64,000 nucleotides of DNA from Candidatus Eiseniibacteriota bacterium (GTDB lineage: Bacteria > Eisenbacteria > RBG-16-71-46 > JABDJR01), in contig CAWANH010000028.1 of assembly GCA_963783375.1 (NCBI GenBank), forward strand, positions 608,001 to 672,000, read 5' to 3'. Both the position numbers and the translations under genes were made by a program. The notes under the pieces were generated by a model. That model was not told the DNA's origin, made no database searches, and saw only the letters and a program-made list of their open reading frames with translations. Of this stretch, positions 18,668-28,445 are shown in pieces (within the stretch, counting starts at the first letter, position 1; every line of letters starts with the position of its first letter).

Positions 18668-20770
18668 ATGAGTCGTTGGCCGGCCGCCGTCGTGGCCCTG
18701 CTCCTGGGAGCGACCCTCGGCGCCACCGCGTTGAACCTCGCCTCGCGGGGGCACCCGGTGACGCTCCCCCTCGACGACGCCTACATCTATCTCCAGTACG
18801 CGCGCACCGCGGCCGCGGGGAGCCCCGGGAGCTACTACCCCGGCGGGTCCCGCTCCTCGGGATTCACCAGCCCGCTCTGGGTGACGCTGCTGAGCGCGGA
18901 GGCGGGGTTTCTGCCCCGGGCCGGGAAAGGCGGGGCGAGCGCGCTCCCCGCCGCGGCGCTCCTCCTGGATGCTCTCGCCGCCGCGTTGACCCTCTGGCTG
19001 GCGTGGCGGCTGGCCGAGCGCCACGGCGCCGGCCCGGCGGGAGCGTGGGCCGCCCCCATGATCTGCCTCCTCACCCCCCTTTGGTTCTTCGGGGCCATGA
19101 ACGGGATGGAGACGGGGGCGGCGATGGCGGCGTTTCTGGCCGCGGCCTGGGTGCTGGCCGGCGGGGCCCCGGCGTGGCTGATCTTCACCGCGCTCGTCCG
19201 CCCCGAGGGCGCGGCGCTCGCCCTGGGGGTTCTGGCCTGGACCACGCTCCGGCGCCGCAAGGGGCGGGTCGGCCTGGGGACCGCGATCGCGGTGGCCGGG
19301 GCGGCGCTCTTGACCCTGGGGCTTCCCTGGCTTCTCACCGGCCACCCGGCCGCGGCCTGGACGGCCAAAGCGCTTCTCACCGAGCCCAAGCCGGAGGTGC
19401 GTGGGTTCTATTTTCCGCGGTTGGGATATTTTTACGGCCGCGCCCTATGGTTCGGGCTCACCGGAGGCCGCCCGCAGCCGCCGCTCGACGTCGCCGCCGA
19501 CGTGTTCCGCACCACGGCCTGGAGTGCCTGGGTATGGGTGCTGGTCATGGGGGGCGGCGCGCTGGCCGCGCTCGGCGGCCGGCGGGGACGCGGACCGCTC
19601 CTTTTGTGGGCGCTCCTCTCGGCCGGCGCGCTCACCGCGGTGGCCTGGGACGCCCAGAACTACCGCTACCTGATCGCCGCCTATCCGCTCCTCGCGGTGG
19701 CCGCGACCGCGGGGTGGTTCGGGCGCGGCCGGGACGGAGGCTCGCCGGCGCCGCGCCGGTCGGGCGCGCTTGCGGTCCGGCGGATCGCGGGGGGCGTGGC
19801 GCTCCTGGCTCTCATCGCGGGCTCGGTGTCCGCCGGCCGAGGCCTCGCCGCCGACGTGATCTGGCTCTACCGGGGGGCGCTGGAACGGCTGGCCGCCGAC
19901 CAGGTCCGAACCGGGGAGTGGATTCGCGGGAACCTGCCGCCCGGAGCCTTCGTGGCCGCCCACGACGTGGGGGCGATCGCGTTCTACGGGGAGCGGCCGG
20001 TGGTGGACCTGGTCGGGCTCACCTCGCCGTCCCTGGCCGGGGCCTATCGCCACGGCGAGGGGGCGCTCTGGGAAGCGCTTTCCGATCTTCCCGGGGACCG
20101 GCGACCGGTCGCGGCGGCGGTGGTCCCGGCCTGGATGCCCTATCTCGCCCGGACCACCTGGTTCGGAGAGACGCTCTGGTCCGCGGAGGGTCGCCGCGGC
20201 CGGCGCGGACCGGTGAGCCGCGACATGGAGGTCCACCGGCTGGTCTGGCCGGGGCCGGACGCGGGGGACGGCTCGCCGGACGGCGGCCCGGCCGAGCGCC
20301 CGGCGGCGATGCGGACCCTGGCCGGGCTGGGGTGGCGGGAGACCGACGGGGTGGACGTGGCCGACCTGGCCTCGGAGGGCGCGCACCGATACCGCCAGGA
20401 GGGCACGGCCGAGCCCACCCTGGTCCGCGATCTCCCCTTCACCGATCCATCCATTCCCCGGACCGCCCACGCGATAGACGGCGGGCGCGACGTGGCAGGG
20501 AGCGCGCGGTTCCGGCTGACGGTGGATCCGGCCGGGGGAGCGGCGCTCCTGGTGGTGCGCACCGCGTCGGCCGGGGGGACCTTGCTGACCGTGCGGGTGG
20601 GAGCGTGGTCGGACACGCTCCGGGTGCCGCATGGAGAGAACGCGTTCGCCGAACCGGGGGTGGAGGTGCCGGATGCGGTCGTGGCCGCCTCGGAGGGACG
20701 GCTGGACGTCGTCGTCGCGGGCTCCGGCTATCGCGCCTTCGACTGGTGGGCGCTCCAGAAACGTCCTTGA
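18668..20770 (+). CDS. Multi-pass membrane protein, GT-C glycosyltransferase-like
   Basis: LDDAYIYLQYAR, GFTSPLW, NGMET, LVRPEG, RYL, DVGAIAFY..VVDLVGL. Confidence 0.7.
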   Translation: MSRWPAAVVALLLGATLGATALNLASRGHPVTLPLDDAYIYLQYARTAAAGSPGSYYPGGSRSSGFTSPLWVTLLSAEAGFLPRAGKGGASALPAAALLLDALAAALTLWLAWRLAERHGAGPAGAWAAPMICLLTPLWFFGAMNGMETGAAMAAFLAAAWVLAGGAPAWLIFTALVRPEGAALALGVLAWTTLRRRKGRVGLGTAIAVAGAALLTLGLPWLLTGHPAAAWTAKALLTEPKPEVRGFYFPRLGYFYGRALWFGLTGGRPQPPLDVAADVFRTTAWSAWVWVLVMGGGALAALGGRRGRGPLLLWALLSAGALTAVAWDAQNYRYLIAAYPLLAVAATAGWFGRGRDGGSPAPRRSGALAVRRIAGGVALLALIAGSVSAGRGLAADVIWLYRGALERLAADQVRTGEWIRGNLPPGAFVAAHDVGAIAFYGERPVVDLVGLTSPSLAGAYRHGEGALWEALSDLPGDRRPVAAAVVPAWMPYLARTTWFGETLWSAEGRRGRRGPVSRDMEVHRLVWPGPDAGDGSPDGGPAERPAAMRTLAGLGWRETDGVDVADLASEGAHRYRQEGTAEPTLVRDLPFTDPSIPRTAHAIDGGRDVAGSARFRLTVDPAGGAALLVVRTASAGGTLLTVRVGAWSDTLRVPHGENAFAEPGVEVPDAVVAASEGRLDVVVAGSGYRAFDWWALQKRP

Positions 20771-20811
20771 CGGCGGTCCATGGGTTATTTTACGTTTTGC
20801 CAATTGGCGAA
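20767..20811 (+). promoter_or_regulatory. ars operon promoter with palindromic ArsR-type operator
   Basis: TTGACG (20767)-18 bp-TACGTT (20791), then near-perfect palindrome TTTGCCAATTGGCGAA (20796-20811) directly upstream of arsR. Confidence 0.6.
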
Positions 20812-20838
20812 TTGACGACGTAACCAACGGGAGGCAAG

Positions 20839-21204
20839 GTGCGCACGTTTCTCCATGCCGCCAAGGCCCTGGGCGACGCGAGCCGGGTCCGGATCCTCCT
20901 GGCCCTCCGCGAGCGCGAACTCTGCGTCTGCCAGATCACCGAGCTCCTGGGCCATGCCCCATCCACCGTGTCCCGCCACATGGCGGTGCTCAAGCACGCC
21001 CGCTTCGTGGAGAGCCGGAAGGACGGCCGCTGGATCTACTACCGCCGGACCGGCGGCGACGCGCCGGAGACGGTGCGCGACGCCCTGGCCTGGCTCGACG
21101 CGTCCTTCGACGCCGACCCGAGTCGAAGCGAGGACGAAACGCACCTGGAACGCATCCTGAGCGTCACCCCGGAGGAACTGTGTCGGACCAACGCGGCCGG
21201 TTGA
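20839..21204 (+). CDS. arsR: ArsR/SmtB transcriptional repressor
   Basis: KALGDASRVRIL, ELCVC, STVSRHM, RKDGRWIYY; GGAGG SD. Confidence 0.9.
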   Translation: MRTFLHAAKALGDASRVRILLALRERELCVCQITELLGHAPSTVSRHMAVLKHARFVESRKDGRWIYYRRTGGDAPETVRDALAWLDASFDADPSRSEDETHLERILSVTPEELCRTNAAG

Positions 21205-21740
21205 ACGACGACCGCCCCGCCGGGGACGCGCGACCCGGCCGGCGGGACACACCGGGCGACGACCGCCCGTCCGGGGATAGGCGGCCGGACCCGGCCGGGA
21301 AGCTCCGCATCCTGTTCCTCTGCACGGGAAATTCCTGCCGGAGCCAGATGGCCGAGGGATTCGCCCGCGCCTTGAAGGGGGATCGGGTGGAGGCGCACTC
21401 CGCCGGAGTGGAGGTCCACGGCTTGAACCCGCTCGCGGTGCGGGCCATGGCCGAGGCCGGGGTGGACATCTCCGCCCAGCGCTCCAAGAACGTCTTCGAG
21501 GTGCTGGAGATCCCGTTCGCGCTGGTGGTCACGGTCTGCGACAGCGCCCGGGAACGCTGTCCGATCTTCCCGCGATGGACCCGCGCCCTCCACGTGAGCT
21601 TCGACGATCCTCCGTTCCTGGCCCGTGGGGCCGCGAGCGAGGAGGAAGCCATGGAGCACTATCGCCGGGTGCGGGACGAGATACGCGCCTTCGTCGAGGG
21701 CATGGACGCCGAGCTGGACGCCCTGGAGACGCGCCCGTGA
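21201..21740 (+). CDS. arsC: Arsenate reductase (LMW-PTP fold)
   Basis: [34 protein letters not shown]; start approximate. Confidence 0.9.
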   Translation: MNDDRPAGDARPGRRDTPGDDRPSGDRRPDPAGKLRILFLCTGNSCRSQMAEGFARALKGDRVEAHSAGVEVHGLNPLAVRAMAEAGVDISAQRSKNVFEVLEIPFALVVTVCDSARERCPIFPRWTRALHVSFDDPPFLARGAASEEEAMEHYRRVRDEIRAFVEGMDAELDALETRP

Positions 21741-22825
21741 CCCCCGGAGTGACCCGCCGCCTGAAGGTCCTGGACCGGTACCTCACCCTCTGGATCTTCC
21801 TGGCCATGGCCGTTGGGGTGGCCCTGGGGCGGCTGGTCCCGGGGACCGCGGCCTTCATCCAGCGATTCCAAACCGGAACCACCAACCTCCCGATCGCGGT
21901 CGGGCTCATTCTCATGATGTACCCGCCCCTGGCCAAGGTCCGCTACGAGGAGCTGGGTGAGGTGTTCCGGAACCGCCGGATCCTCGGGCTCTCGCTCTTC
22001 GAGAACTGGGTGATCGGCCCGGCGCTCATGTTCGCCCTGGCGGTGACGTTCCTTCGCGGCTACCCCGAGTACATGACCGGCCTGATCCTGATCGGCCTCG
22101 CCCGTTGCATCGCCATGGTGATCGTCTGGAACGAGCTGGCGCGGGGGGACACCGAATACGCGGCGGGCCTGGTGGCTCTGAACAGCGTGTTCCAGGTGCT
22201 CTTCTACAGCGTCTACGCCTGGGTGTTCATCACCTGGCTGCCTCCGCTCTTCGGACTTCGGGGAAGCGTGGTGCCGGTGTCCATGGGCCAGATCGCCGAG
22301 AGCGTGTTCATCTACCTGGGGATCCCGTTCCTGGCCGGTCTCCTGACCCGGCTCACCCTGGTGCGCCTTCGCGGGAAGGTCTGGTACCACGAGCGGTTCA
22401 TCCCGCGCCTGAGCCCGGTGACCCTGATCGCGCTCCTGTTCACGATCCTGGTGATGTTCGGGCTCAAGGGGGACCGCATCCTGAGCATCCCCCTCGACGC
22501 GGCGCGGATCGCCCTGCCGCTCCTGATCTACTTCGTGGTCATGTTCCTGGTGAGCTTCTGGCTCGGCCGGGAGGCGGGGGCGGACTACCCCAAGACCGCC
22601 GCGTTGTCGTTCACCGCGGCCAGCAACAACTTCGAGCTGGCCATCGCGGTGGCGGTGGCGGTGTTCGGGATCGACTCCGGCGTGGCCTTCGCCGCGGTCA
22701 TCGGGCCCCTGGTCGAGGTGCCGGTCCTGATCGGGCTGGTCAACGTGGCGCTCTGGTTCCGGCGACGCTACTTCGAGGCGCGGGGGGAGTCGGTGATCGG
22801 CGCCGCCTCGCCCCAGAGAAAGTAG
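21737..22825 (+). CDS. acr3: Arsenite efflux permease Acr3
   Basis: [48 protein letters not shown]. Confidence 0.95.
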   Translation: MTPGVTRRLKVLDRYLTLWIFLAMAVGVALGRLVPGTAAFIQRFQTGTTNLPIAVGLILMMYPPLAKVRYEELGEVFRNRRILGLSLFENWVIGPALMFALAVTFLRGYPEYMTGLILIGLARCIAMVIVWNELARGDTEYAAGLVALNSVFQVLFYSVYAWVFITWLPPLFGLRGSVVPVSMGQIAESVFIYLGIPFLAGLLTRLTLVRLRGKVWYHERFIPRLSPVTLIALLFTILVMFGLKGDRILSIPLDAARIALPLLIYFVVMFLVSFWLGREAGADYPKTAALSFTAASNNFELAIAVAVAVFGIDSGVAFAAVIGPLVEVPVLIGLVNVALWFRRRYFEARGESVIGAASPQRK

Positions 22826-23493
22826 CGCCCGGTCACGCGCGCCCGCGCCCGCCACCCGAGACTTTCGAGCCGCCGCTCGAGGTCCTCCGGCTCGTAGAAG
22901 ATCTTCACGATCCGGTACTCGCGGCCGTCGTTCAGGCGCCGGGTGACGGTGTCCGCTTCCGGCCCCTTCAGGCGGTGGTCCCGCGCGGTGGAGGTCGGGT
23001 CGTAGCGCGAATCCACGAAGAACACCCGGCCCCCGGGAGCGAGGACGCGCTTCACCATGGCCCAGAACCCGGCGAACCGCTCGGCGGAGACGTGGGAGAG
23101 CCAGAAGGCGAAGAAGATCGCGTCGTATCGCCTGCCGGACCGCCAGGAGAATATGTCGGCCTGGACGTGGGCGGCGCGTTCGGTCCCCACCCGGGCGCGG
23201 TTGAGCTTCAAGACCTCGGCGGCGGCGTCCACCACCGTCACGTGATCGGCGTGGCGGACCAGGTATCGCGTCCAGAGCCCCGTCCCCCCGGCCAGTTCCA
23301 GCACCCGGCCGCGGGGAGCGAACCGTTCGAGGGCTTCCCGCGTTTCCTCGGCCTCGGCAAACCACCGGGCGTTGAGCTCCGGGCCCCGGTCGTAGCGCCC
23401 CTGGCGGAAGTACCACTGGTCGTACTCGCCGGCGCGGGCCCGGTAATAGTCGATCTGATCCCGCACGCGCGGGTCGGGGTGCCCGGTCTTCAT
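22768..23493 (-). CDS. Class I SAM-dependent methyltransferase
   Basis: [44 protein letters not shown]. Confidence 0.88.
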   Translation of the reverse strand: MKTGHPDPRVRDQIDYYRARAGEYDQWYFRQGRYDRGPELNARWFAEAEETREALERFAPRGRVLELAGGTGLWTRYLVRHADHVTVVDAAAEVLKLNRARVGTERAAHVQADIFSWRSGRRYDAIFFAFWLSHVSAERFAGFWAMVKRVLAPGGRVFFVDSRYDPTSTARDHRLKGPEADTVTRRLNDGREYRIVKIFYEPEDLERRLESLGWRARARVTGRYFLWGEAAPITDSPRASK

Positions 23494-23551
23494 GGTTCTG
23501 TCTCCCGTCTCGGGCGGATCCTCACCGGCGCGTTCCGTCGGCGCAAACCCC

Positions 23552-24463
23552 CTACCAGAAGGCCACCGTGACCCCCACCGCCACCACCACGGCGGCGGCG
23601 AAGATCAGGAGATAGCCCAGCCACAGGCCCACCAGCTTTCCCAGGGTCTTGAGAACGGATTGAGCGTAGACCCGGCGCATGGCTCTGAACAGATAGGCAA
23701 CCACCATCAGGAAGGCCAGGCCCTGGAGAGCACCGCCGACGCGTGGCCCGATCATCCTCCCGGCCAACAGGGCCACGGCCAGAAGGAGGAACGCGAAGGT
23801 GTGAAGGTGGAGGGCGAAGACGAGGTGCTCGATGTAGAGGCGTCGCGTTCGGATGTGGAGCAGCCAGAGCATCAGCGCGAAGAGAGGCATGAGCAGGAAC
23901 ATGAGCCGCGGGAGGGCGCTTCGGATCTCCCGGTTCAGCCGATCCTCGTCGGCGGAGGCCTTGGCGAGGGTCCTGGCCAGGAATCCGGGCAGTCCGGCCA
24001 GAGTGTCCGGAGCGGCTCCGGTCGTCGACTCCGAGCCGGCGGTGAGGGTGTCCAGGGCTGCGGTCGTCGTCGAATCCGGGCGGATGCCGATGATGACCGG
24101 CGCCGAAAGGTCGCTCGCTCCGACCTGAATGAGGCGGCTCTGGTTGAGGGCCAGGGCGGCGAAGAACACCACGCTCACGATCAGGTAGAACCGGAAGGGC
24201 GGGAGGTAGCGGACCCGGCGGCCGGCCATGTATTCCTGAGTCAGAAAGCCCGGCCGGAGGAGCAGCGGCCGGATGCTCCGGAAGAACCTGGAGTCGAAGG
24301 AGAGGACCTCGCCGAACGCTTCCGAGACCAGCTTTCGGAAGGGGATGCGTCGATCCTCGTCCTCCTGGCCGCACTCGTGGCAGAAACGGCCGGCCAGGGC
24401 CGCGCAGCAGTTCAGGCAGTTGCGGCCACCGGCGTCCTTCCTGGATTCTGGGCTGTCGCTCAT
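23552..24463 (-). CDS. DUF3667-domain membrane protein
   Basis: CLNC..L.GRFCHECGQ, DSRFFRSI..LL.RPG.LT.EY..GRR.RY.PP.R.YL, EHLVFALH. Confidence 0.85.
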   Translation of the reverse strand: MSDSPESRKDAGGRNCLNCCAALAGRFCHECGQEDEDRRIPFRKLVSEAFGEVLSFDSRFFRSIRPLLLRPGFLTQEYMAGRRVRYLPPFRFYLIVSVVFFAALALNQSRLIQVGASDLSAPVIIGIRPDSTTTAALDTLTAGSESTTGAAPDTLAGLPGFLARTLAKASADEDRLNREIRSALPRLMFLLMPLFALMLWLLHIRTRRLYIEHLVFALHLHTFAFLLLAVALLAGRMIGPRVGGALQGLAFLMVVAYLFRAMRRVYAQSVLKTLGKLVGLWLGYLLIFAAAVVVAVGVTVAFW

Positions 24464-24801
24464 CGAGTCCCGCTCCGGTTCGCGCCGCGCCTCCGGCGCG
24501 GGGATCGAGGCGCCGCCGGCCGCCTCGGTGTGGTGGCGGGCCCGGCCGGGCCGGGGCCCCTCCTCCACGATGGATCGGCGTGCGCCGGCTCTCCTCCGGT
24601 CGCGGGGCGGAGTGTACCCGGGTACGTGGCGGTTCCGGAAGCCCGGGGGCTCTTCGCTTGTTCCAAGGGATTGCGTCTGATAATCTGACTATTGGTAGGA
24701 TTTGTGTCACGGATGCTCCGCTGTATCCGCACAAAGTCCGTTCCCCTACCGACAGACTTTTCCGGTATCAATGGCCGACCCCGGAAGTGCAGGGTGCGTG
24801 C

Positions 24802-25527
24802 ATGGCAGCCAGGCGCGAACATGTGGAGCCGCCAACCCCGATCCCCGGGACCGCGTCGGTCAGGTGGACGGATGCATTGGACGGCGTCGCTCCGGATCCC
24901 GTCGGCGCTCTCGCCGAATCGATCGGTTCGGGCCCCACGGTCTCGGTCATCTTCACCCCCTCACGATGCGAGAAGCGGGTCGCCCGTGCCTGCGCGCGCC
25001 TCGAGATTCCGGTTTATCTTCCCCTTCGCGAAGGCCGCCGGGCGAAGTCGGGGGACCGCTTCAAGGTGCCGCTCTTTCCCGGCTACGTGTTCGCGTCGTT
25101 GAGCGCGGAGAGCCGACGAGCGCTGGTCGGCCACACGAGGATCGCCCGGGTCATTCCGGTAGCCCGGCCGGATGGACTTCTGGAGGAGCTTCGCCAGATC
25201 CACCGGGCGCTTGCGGCGCGGCCAGATCTCGAGTCCGCCCCGGCCCTGTCCCGGGGGCGACGAGTCCGGGTGATGGCGGGTCCGATGACCGGGGTGGTGG
25301 GCCTGATCGCCGACCGGCGAATCCGCCGAAGCCGACTTCGCCTGGTTTTGAACGTCACCATGCTCGGTCGCGGCGCCGAGGTGAACATCGACGCCGCCGA
25401 CGTCGAACTGGTTTCCGCGCCCACGAACTCTCCGGTGGCCGGTCCCGGCCGGCGGTGCCGGGGTGGGTTTCGCGGTGGACCGTGGCTCGACGATGATGGA
25501 GGAAAGCGCCCGACAGAACCGATCTGA
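24802..25527 (+). CDS. NusG-family specialised paralog (RfaH/UpxY/LoaP-like antiterminator)
   Basis: NGN domain (FTPSRCEKRVA...I.VYLPL...VPLFPGYVF) plus KOW (GRRVRVMAGPMTGVVG.I) and RLVLNVTMLGR; not in the secE/rplK context of housekeeping nusG. Confidence 0.85.
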   Translation: MAARREHVEPPTPIPGTASVRWTDALDGVAPDPVGALAESIGSGPTVSVIFTPSRCEKRVARACARLEIPVYLPLREGRRAKSGDRFKVPLFPGYVFASLSAESRRALVGHTRIARVIPVARPDGLLEELRQIHRALAARPDLESAPALSRGRRVRVMAGPMTGVVGLIADRRIRRSRLRLVLNVTMLGRGAEVNIDAADVELVSAPTNSPVAGPGRRCRGGFRGGPWLDDDGGKRPTEPI

Positions 25528-25593
25528 GAGGGACCGCGGGGATTCGGAGTCGAACCCGCGACGGCTCAGGCGTCTGTCGTGGCCTTCAGGGCT

Positions 25594-25605
25594 TCCGGTA
25601 GCCTG
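25594..25605 (+). promoter_or_regulatory. ops-like element (candidate)
   Basis: TCCGGTAGCCTG vs RfaH ops GGCGGTAGnnTG, first two bases differ; lies between the NusG paralog and intI. Confidence 0.3.
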
Positions 25606-25685
25606 CCATTCGGCCGGTGAAGAGGACGAAGTCCGCCCTTCTCCCGGAGTGCGATAGGACATTCCCCGTCCGTGAGTGGGATGTC

Positions 25686-26765
25686 ATGCGGGTGGAATCG
25701 ATCGGATTTCATGCGGGGCCGGCCGACGCGGGGTCGGTCGGTGCGCGCTCGCCCGAGGCCGGGGCGGTTCGGGACGGCGACGGCGCGCTCGGACCCTCCC
25801 GTCCCCCCAAGCTGTTGGACCGGGTCCGCACGGTTATCCGAGCCCGGCACTACAGCGCCAGCACCGAGAAGGCCTATGTGGGGTGGGTGCGGCGGTATGT
25901 GCTGTTCCACGGCAAGCGACATCCGGAGACGCTCGGCGAGGCGGAGATCACCGAGTTCCTGTCGGCGCTCGCGACCCGGCGGCGGGTCAGCGCTTCAACT
26001 CAGAACCAGGCCCTGAGCGCGCTGCTCTTTCTCTACCGGGACGTTCTCGGGCGTGAGATGACGTGGATGGACGGCATCGTCCGCGCCAAGCGCCCGATCC
26101 GGCTCCCGGTGGTGCTGAGCCGGGACGAGGTTCGGGCGATCCTGGGGCAGATGAACGGAACGCCGTGGCTGATGGCGTCCCTCTTGTATGGAGCGGGCCT
26201 GAGGCTCATGGAGTGCTGCCGTCTCCGGGTGAAGGACGTGGACTTCGGGAGGGGGGAACTCCTCGTCCGCGACGGGAAGGGGCGAAAGGATCGGGTGACG
26301 TTGCTCCCGAGGCGGCCGCGCGAGCCGTTGTCGACCCACCTCGACCGGGTCCGGTCGTTGCATCGGAGGGATTTGAAGGAGGGAGCGGGGAGCGTCGCGC
26401 TTCCCGACGCCCTGGCGGTCAAGTACCCCCGGGCGGCCTGGGAATGGGCCTGGCAGTGGGCCTGGCAGTGGGTCTTCCCGGCCACCCGGTCCTACGTGGA
26501 GCGGGGGACCGGCGAGCGACGCCGGCACCACCTGCACGAGTCGGTTCTCCAGCGGGCGATCAAGGAGGCTGTCCGCCGGGCGGGGGTCCCGAAACCGGCA
26601 ACCTCGCACACGCTCCGTCACTCGTTCGCCACCCACTTGCTGGAGGCGGGCTACGATATCCGGACCATCCAGGAACTCCTGGGCCACAGCGACGTCAGCA
26701 CGACCATGATCTACACCCACGTCCTGAATCGCGGCGGGCGGGGCGTGCGGAGCCCGCTGGATTGA
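25686..26765 (+). CDS. intI: Integron integrase (tyrosine recombinase, IntI family)
   Basis: [42 protein letters not shown], IntI patch [13 protein letters not shown]...[44 protein letters not shown]. Confidence 0.97.
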   Translation: MRVESIGFHAGPADAGSVGARSPEAGAVRDGDGALGPSRPPKLLDRVRTVIRARHYSASTEKAYVGWVRRYVLFHGKRHPETLGEAEITEFLSALATRRRVSASTQNQALSALLFLYRDVLGREMTWMDGIVRAKRPIRLPVVLSRDEVRAILGQMNGTPWLMASLLYGAGLRLMECCRLRVKDVDFGRGELLVRDGKGRKDRVTLLPRRPREPLSTHLDRVRSLHRRDLKEGAGSVALPDALAVKYPRAAWEWAWQWAWQWVFPATRSYVERGTGERRRHHLHESVLQRAIKEAVRRAGVPKPATSHTLRHSFATHLLEAGYDIRTIQELLGHSDVSTTMIYTHVLNRGGRGVRSPLD

Positions 26766-26814
26766 GTTCGCGTGCGGCGACGGCGGGGAAGTCTGCCGTG
26801 CAGGTGCGGTGTGC

Positions 26815-27024
26815 GAGGCTATTTGGGCTATCTTGCGGTCGGGTACTTTGCTATGTGTATCTGGCTATCCATCGCGCAGGCGCTGCATATCCACCGACGG
26901 CGGGGGTTTCCAGTAGAGGCACCGCCTTGATTATGGGGAGGTTCCCCCCGGCCGCATACCTGACTACTCGACCGCCCCGCGTCATGTTCCGCGGGATATC
27001 GAAGTCGGATACTTCACGTTAGGT
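26815..27024 (+). mobile_element. attI region; crossover core GTTAGGT at 27018-27024
   Basis: GTTAGGTGAC (27018) is the exact reverse complement of GTCACCTAAC at the first attC; upstream GCTAT/GCATA/GGATA repeats; no attC-type long hairpin. Confidence 0.75.
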
Positions 27025-27043
27025 GACAGAAGTGAGGCTGACG

Positions 27044-27517
27044 ATGAACGGTCTCGGTATCCACCGCCTTTTTGGGGCGCTTTTCTTGGGGATGTGCCTC
27101 CATGGCTGCGGCAATGATGCCCCGACAACTCCAGTTGCCGGCAAAGTGAGCGTCATGGTAAGTGCATCGCAGTACTCAAAGACGCATCTCGACTACGTAT
27201 CGGCGATCCTCAGCAACGCGAGCGCGGATACGGTCTACGTATTCGAATGTACCGCCGTGGCCACCCTGGAGCGGGAAGAACAGGATGGCACGTGGGTTGA
27301 CTTGGGTCCGTGGTACTTCATGTGCGACGGCCCGGCTTGGCCACTTCCAATAGAGTCGACTGGGTTCCGTCCACTGCCGACCATTCCGAGTGAACATGTG
27401 GCCGGGCTCGCGACAGGACGCTACAGGATCCGTGTTGCCGTCTACGCAGACTCCAACATGGGCACGCTTCTCCCCGAGGAACAGCGGGTCTCGCGAGCGT
27501 TCAGTGTGACTGACTGA
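27044..27517 (+). CDS. Cassette 1: hypothetical lipoprotein (Ig-like)
   Basis: Signal peptide ending LHGC; L.NAS.DTVYV..C, GRYRIRV, SRAF.V. Confidence 0.65.
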   Translation: MNGLGIHRLFGALFLGMCLHGCGNDAPTTPVAGKVSVMVSASQYSKTHLDYVSAILSNASADTVYVFECTAVATLEREEQDGTWVDLGPWYFMCDGPAWPLPIESTGFRPLPTIPSEHVAGLATGRYRIRVAVYADSNMGTLLPEEQRVSRAFSVTD

Positions 27518-27534
27518 ATCGTCTGCGGCGGGTC

Positions 27535-27634
27535 ACCTAACCTCCCGCTGCAGCCGTCGCCCGCGCGGGGGGGGAGGGAGATGGCGGGAAGGGCAGGAAC
27601 CGCGCCGGCGCGGCTGAGCGGGAAGGCGTTATGC
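27535..27634 (+). repeat. attC1
   Basis: ACCTAAC-CTCCCGCTGCAGCCG...CGGCTGAGCGGGAAGGC-GTTATGC. Confidence 0.9.
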
Positions 27635-27660
27635 TTATCGACTGAAGGGGTGAACCTGAG

Positions 27661-28239
27661 TTGACGCCAACACTCATTGTCGTTGCCGGCCCCAATGGCT
27701 CTGGTAAGACAACGTTTGCGACGACCTATCAGGCGGAGACTGGCGGTATTCTGCTATCCACAGACTTCATTGCAGATGACCTTCGCCGGGCCGGAACCCC
27801 GGTCAGCGAGTTCGATGCTGGGCGCAGGTTCTTTGCCAAACTCAACCGCCTCCTCGAGGACGGCCAAAATCTCATCGTGGAGTCCACTGCAGCGGGGCGG
27901 GGGCTCACGAAGCACATCGATCGCGCCAGGGCTCTGGGCTACCAGACAAGTATCGTGTTCATCTTTCTCGAGTCAGCTGACATGTGCGTTGCCAGGGTGG
28001 AAGAGCGCGTCCGGAAGGGCGGGCACAGGGTCGCCGAAGAGGACATCCGGCGCCGTTACCCACGTAGTATCATGCACTTCTGGGATCTTCATCGCTTGGC
28101 CTTTCAGCGGTGGTATCTGTTCTATAATTCAGGAAGCCAGTTTGCCGCTGTGGCGGCGGGCACGGGTCCGGAAACGTCGATCTTCGACGACGCCCTTTTC
28201 GCGCAATTTCAGAGCATCGTTGAAGGGGTAAGCGAATGA
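27661..28239 (+). CDS. Cassette 2: zeta-toxin-like P-loop kinase
   Basis: VVAGPNGSGKTT, VEST..G, ARVEERVRKGGH.V.E..IRRRY.RS. Confidence 0.85.
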   Translation: MTPTLIVVAGPNGSGKTTFATTYQAETGGILLSTDFIADDLRRAGTPVSEFDAGRRFFAKLNRLLEDGQNLIVESTAAGRGLTKHIDRARALGYQTSIVFIFLESADMCVARVEERVRKGGHRVAEEDIRRRYPRSIMHFWDLHRLAFQRWYLFYNSGSQFAAVAAGTGPETSIFDDALFAQFQSIVEGVSE

Positions 28240-28439
28240 GCGAGCCACAACCCAAACCCAACGGGGATCTCCAGGCGGAACTCCGTACCTTTCAACGCAT
28301 CGGAAGCCGTGCCGTCCTCAAGGCCCAGGAGGAGAGTCGGCGGCTCCGCGTCCCCAATGTCTACTCCCACCGGGGGCGCGTATACTTTGAGCTCCCTGAC
28401 GGCGAGCTTTCCCTGTCTGATCCTCTCGCAGAGAAGTAG
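28236..28439 (+). CDS. Cassette 2: 67-aa partner (putative antitoxin)
   Basis: ATGA overlap with the kinase stop; RAVLKAQEESRRL.VPNVYS..G. Confidence 0.6.
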   Translation: MSEPQPKPNGDLQAELRTFQRIGSRAVLKAQEESRRLRVPNVYSHRGRVYFELPDGELSLSDPLAEK

Positions 28440-28445
28440 GTAGAA

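Noticed and set aside
20839-22825. ars operon as a mobile island
   Set aside because: Host-like composition and no flanking mobility signals; an ordinary arsR-arsC-acr3 cluster
25530-25570. tRNA-like GGGTTCGACTCC on the - strand (possible integration-site remnant)
   Set aside because: The T-stem does not close and no D or anticodon arm is present; better explained as a simple hairpin
25600-25690. LexA box upstream of intI
   Set aside because: No CTGT-N8-ACAG or GAAC-N4-GTTC motif found; a lineage-specific box cannot be excluded
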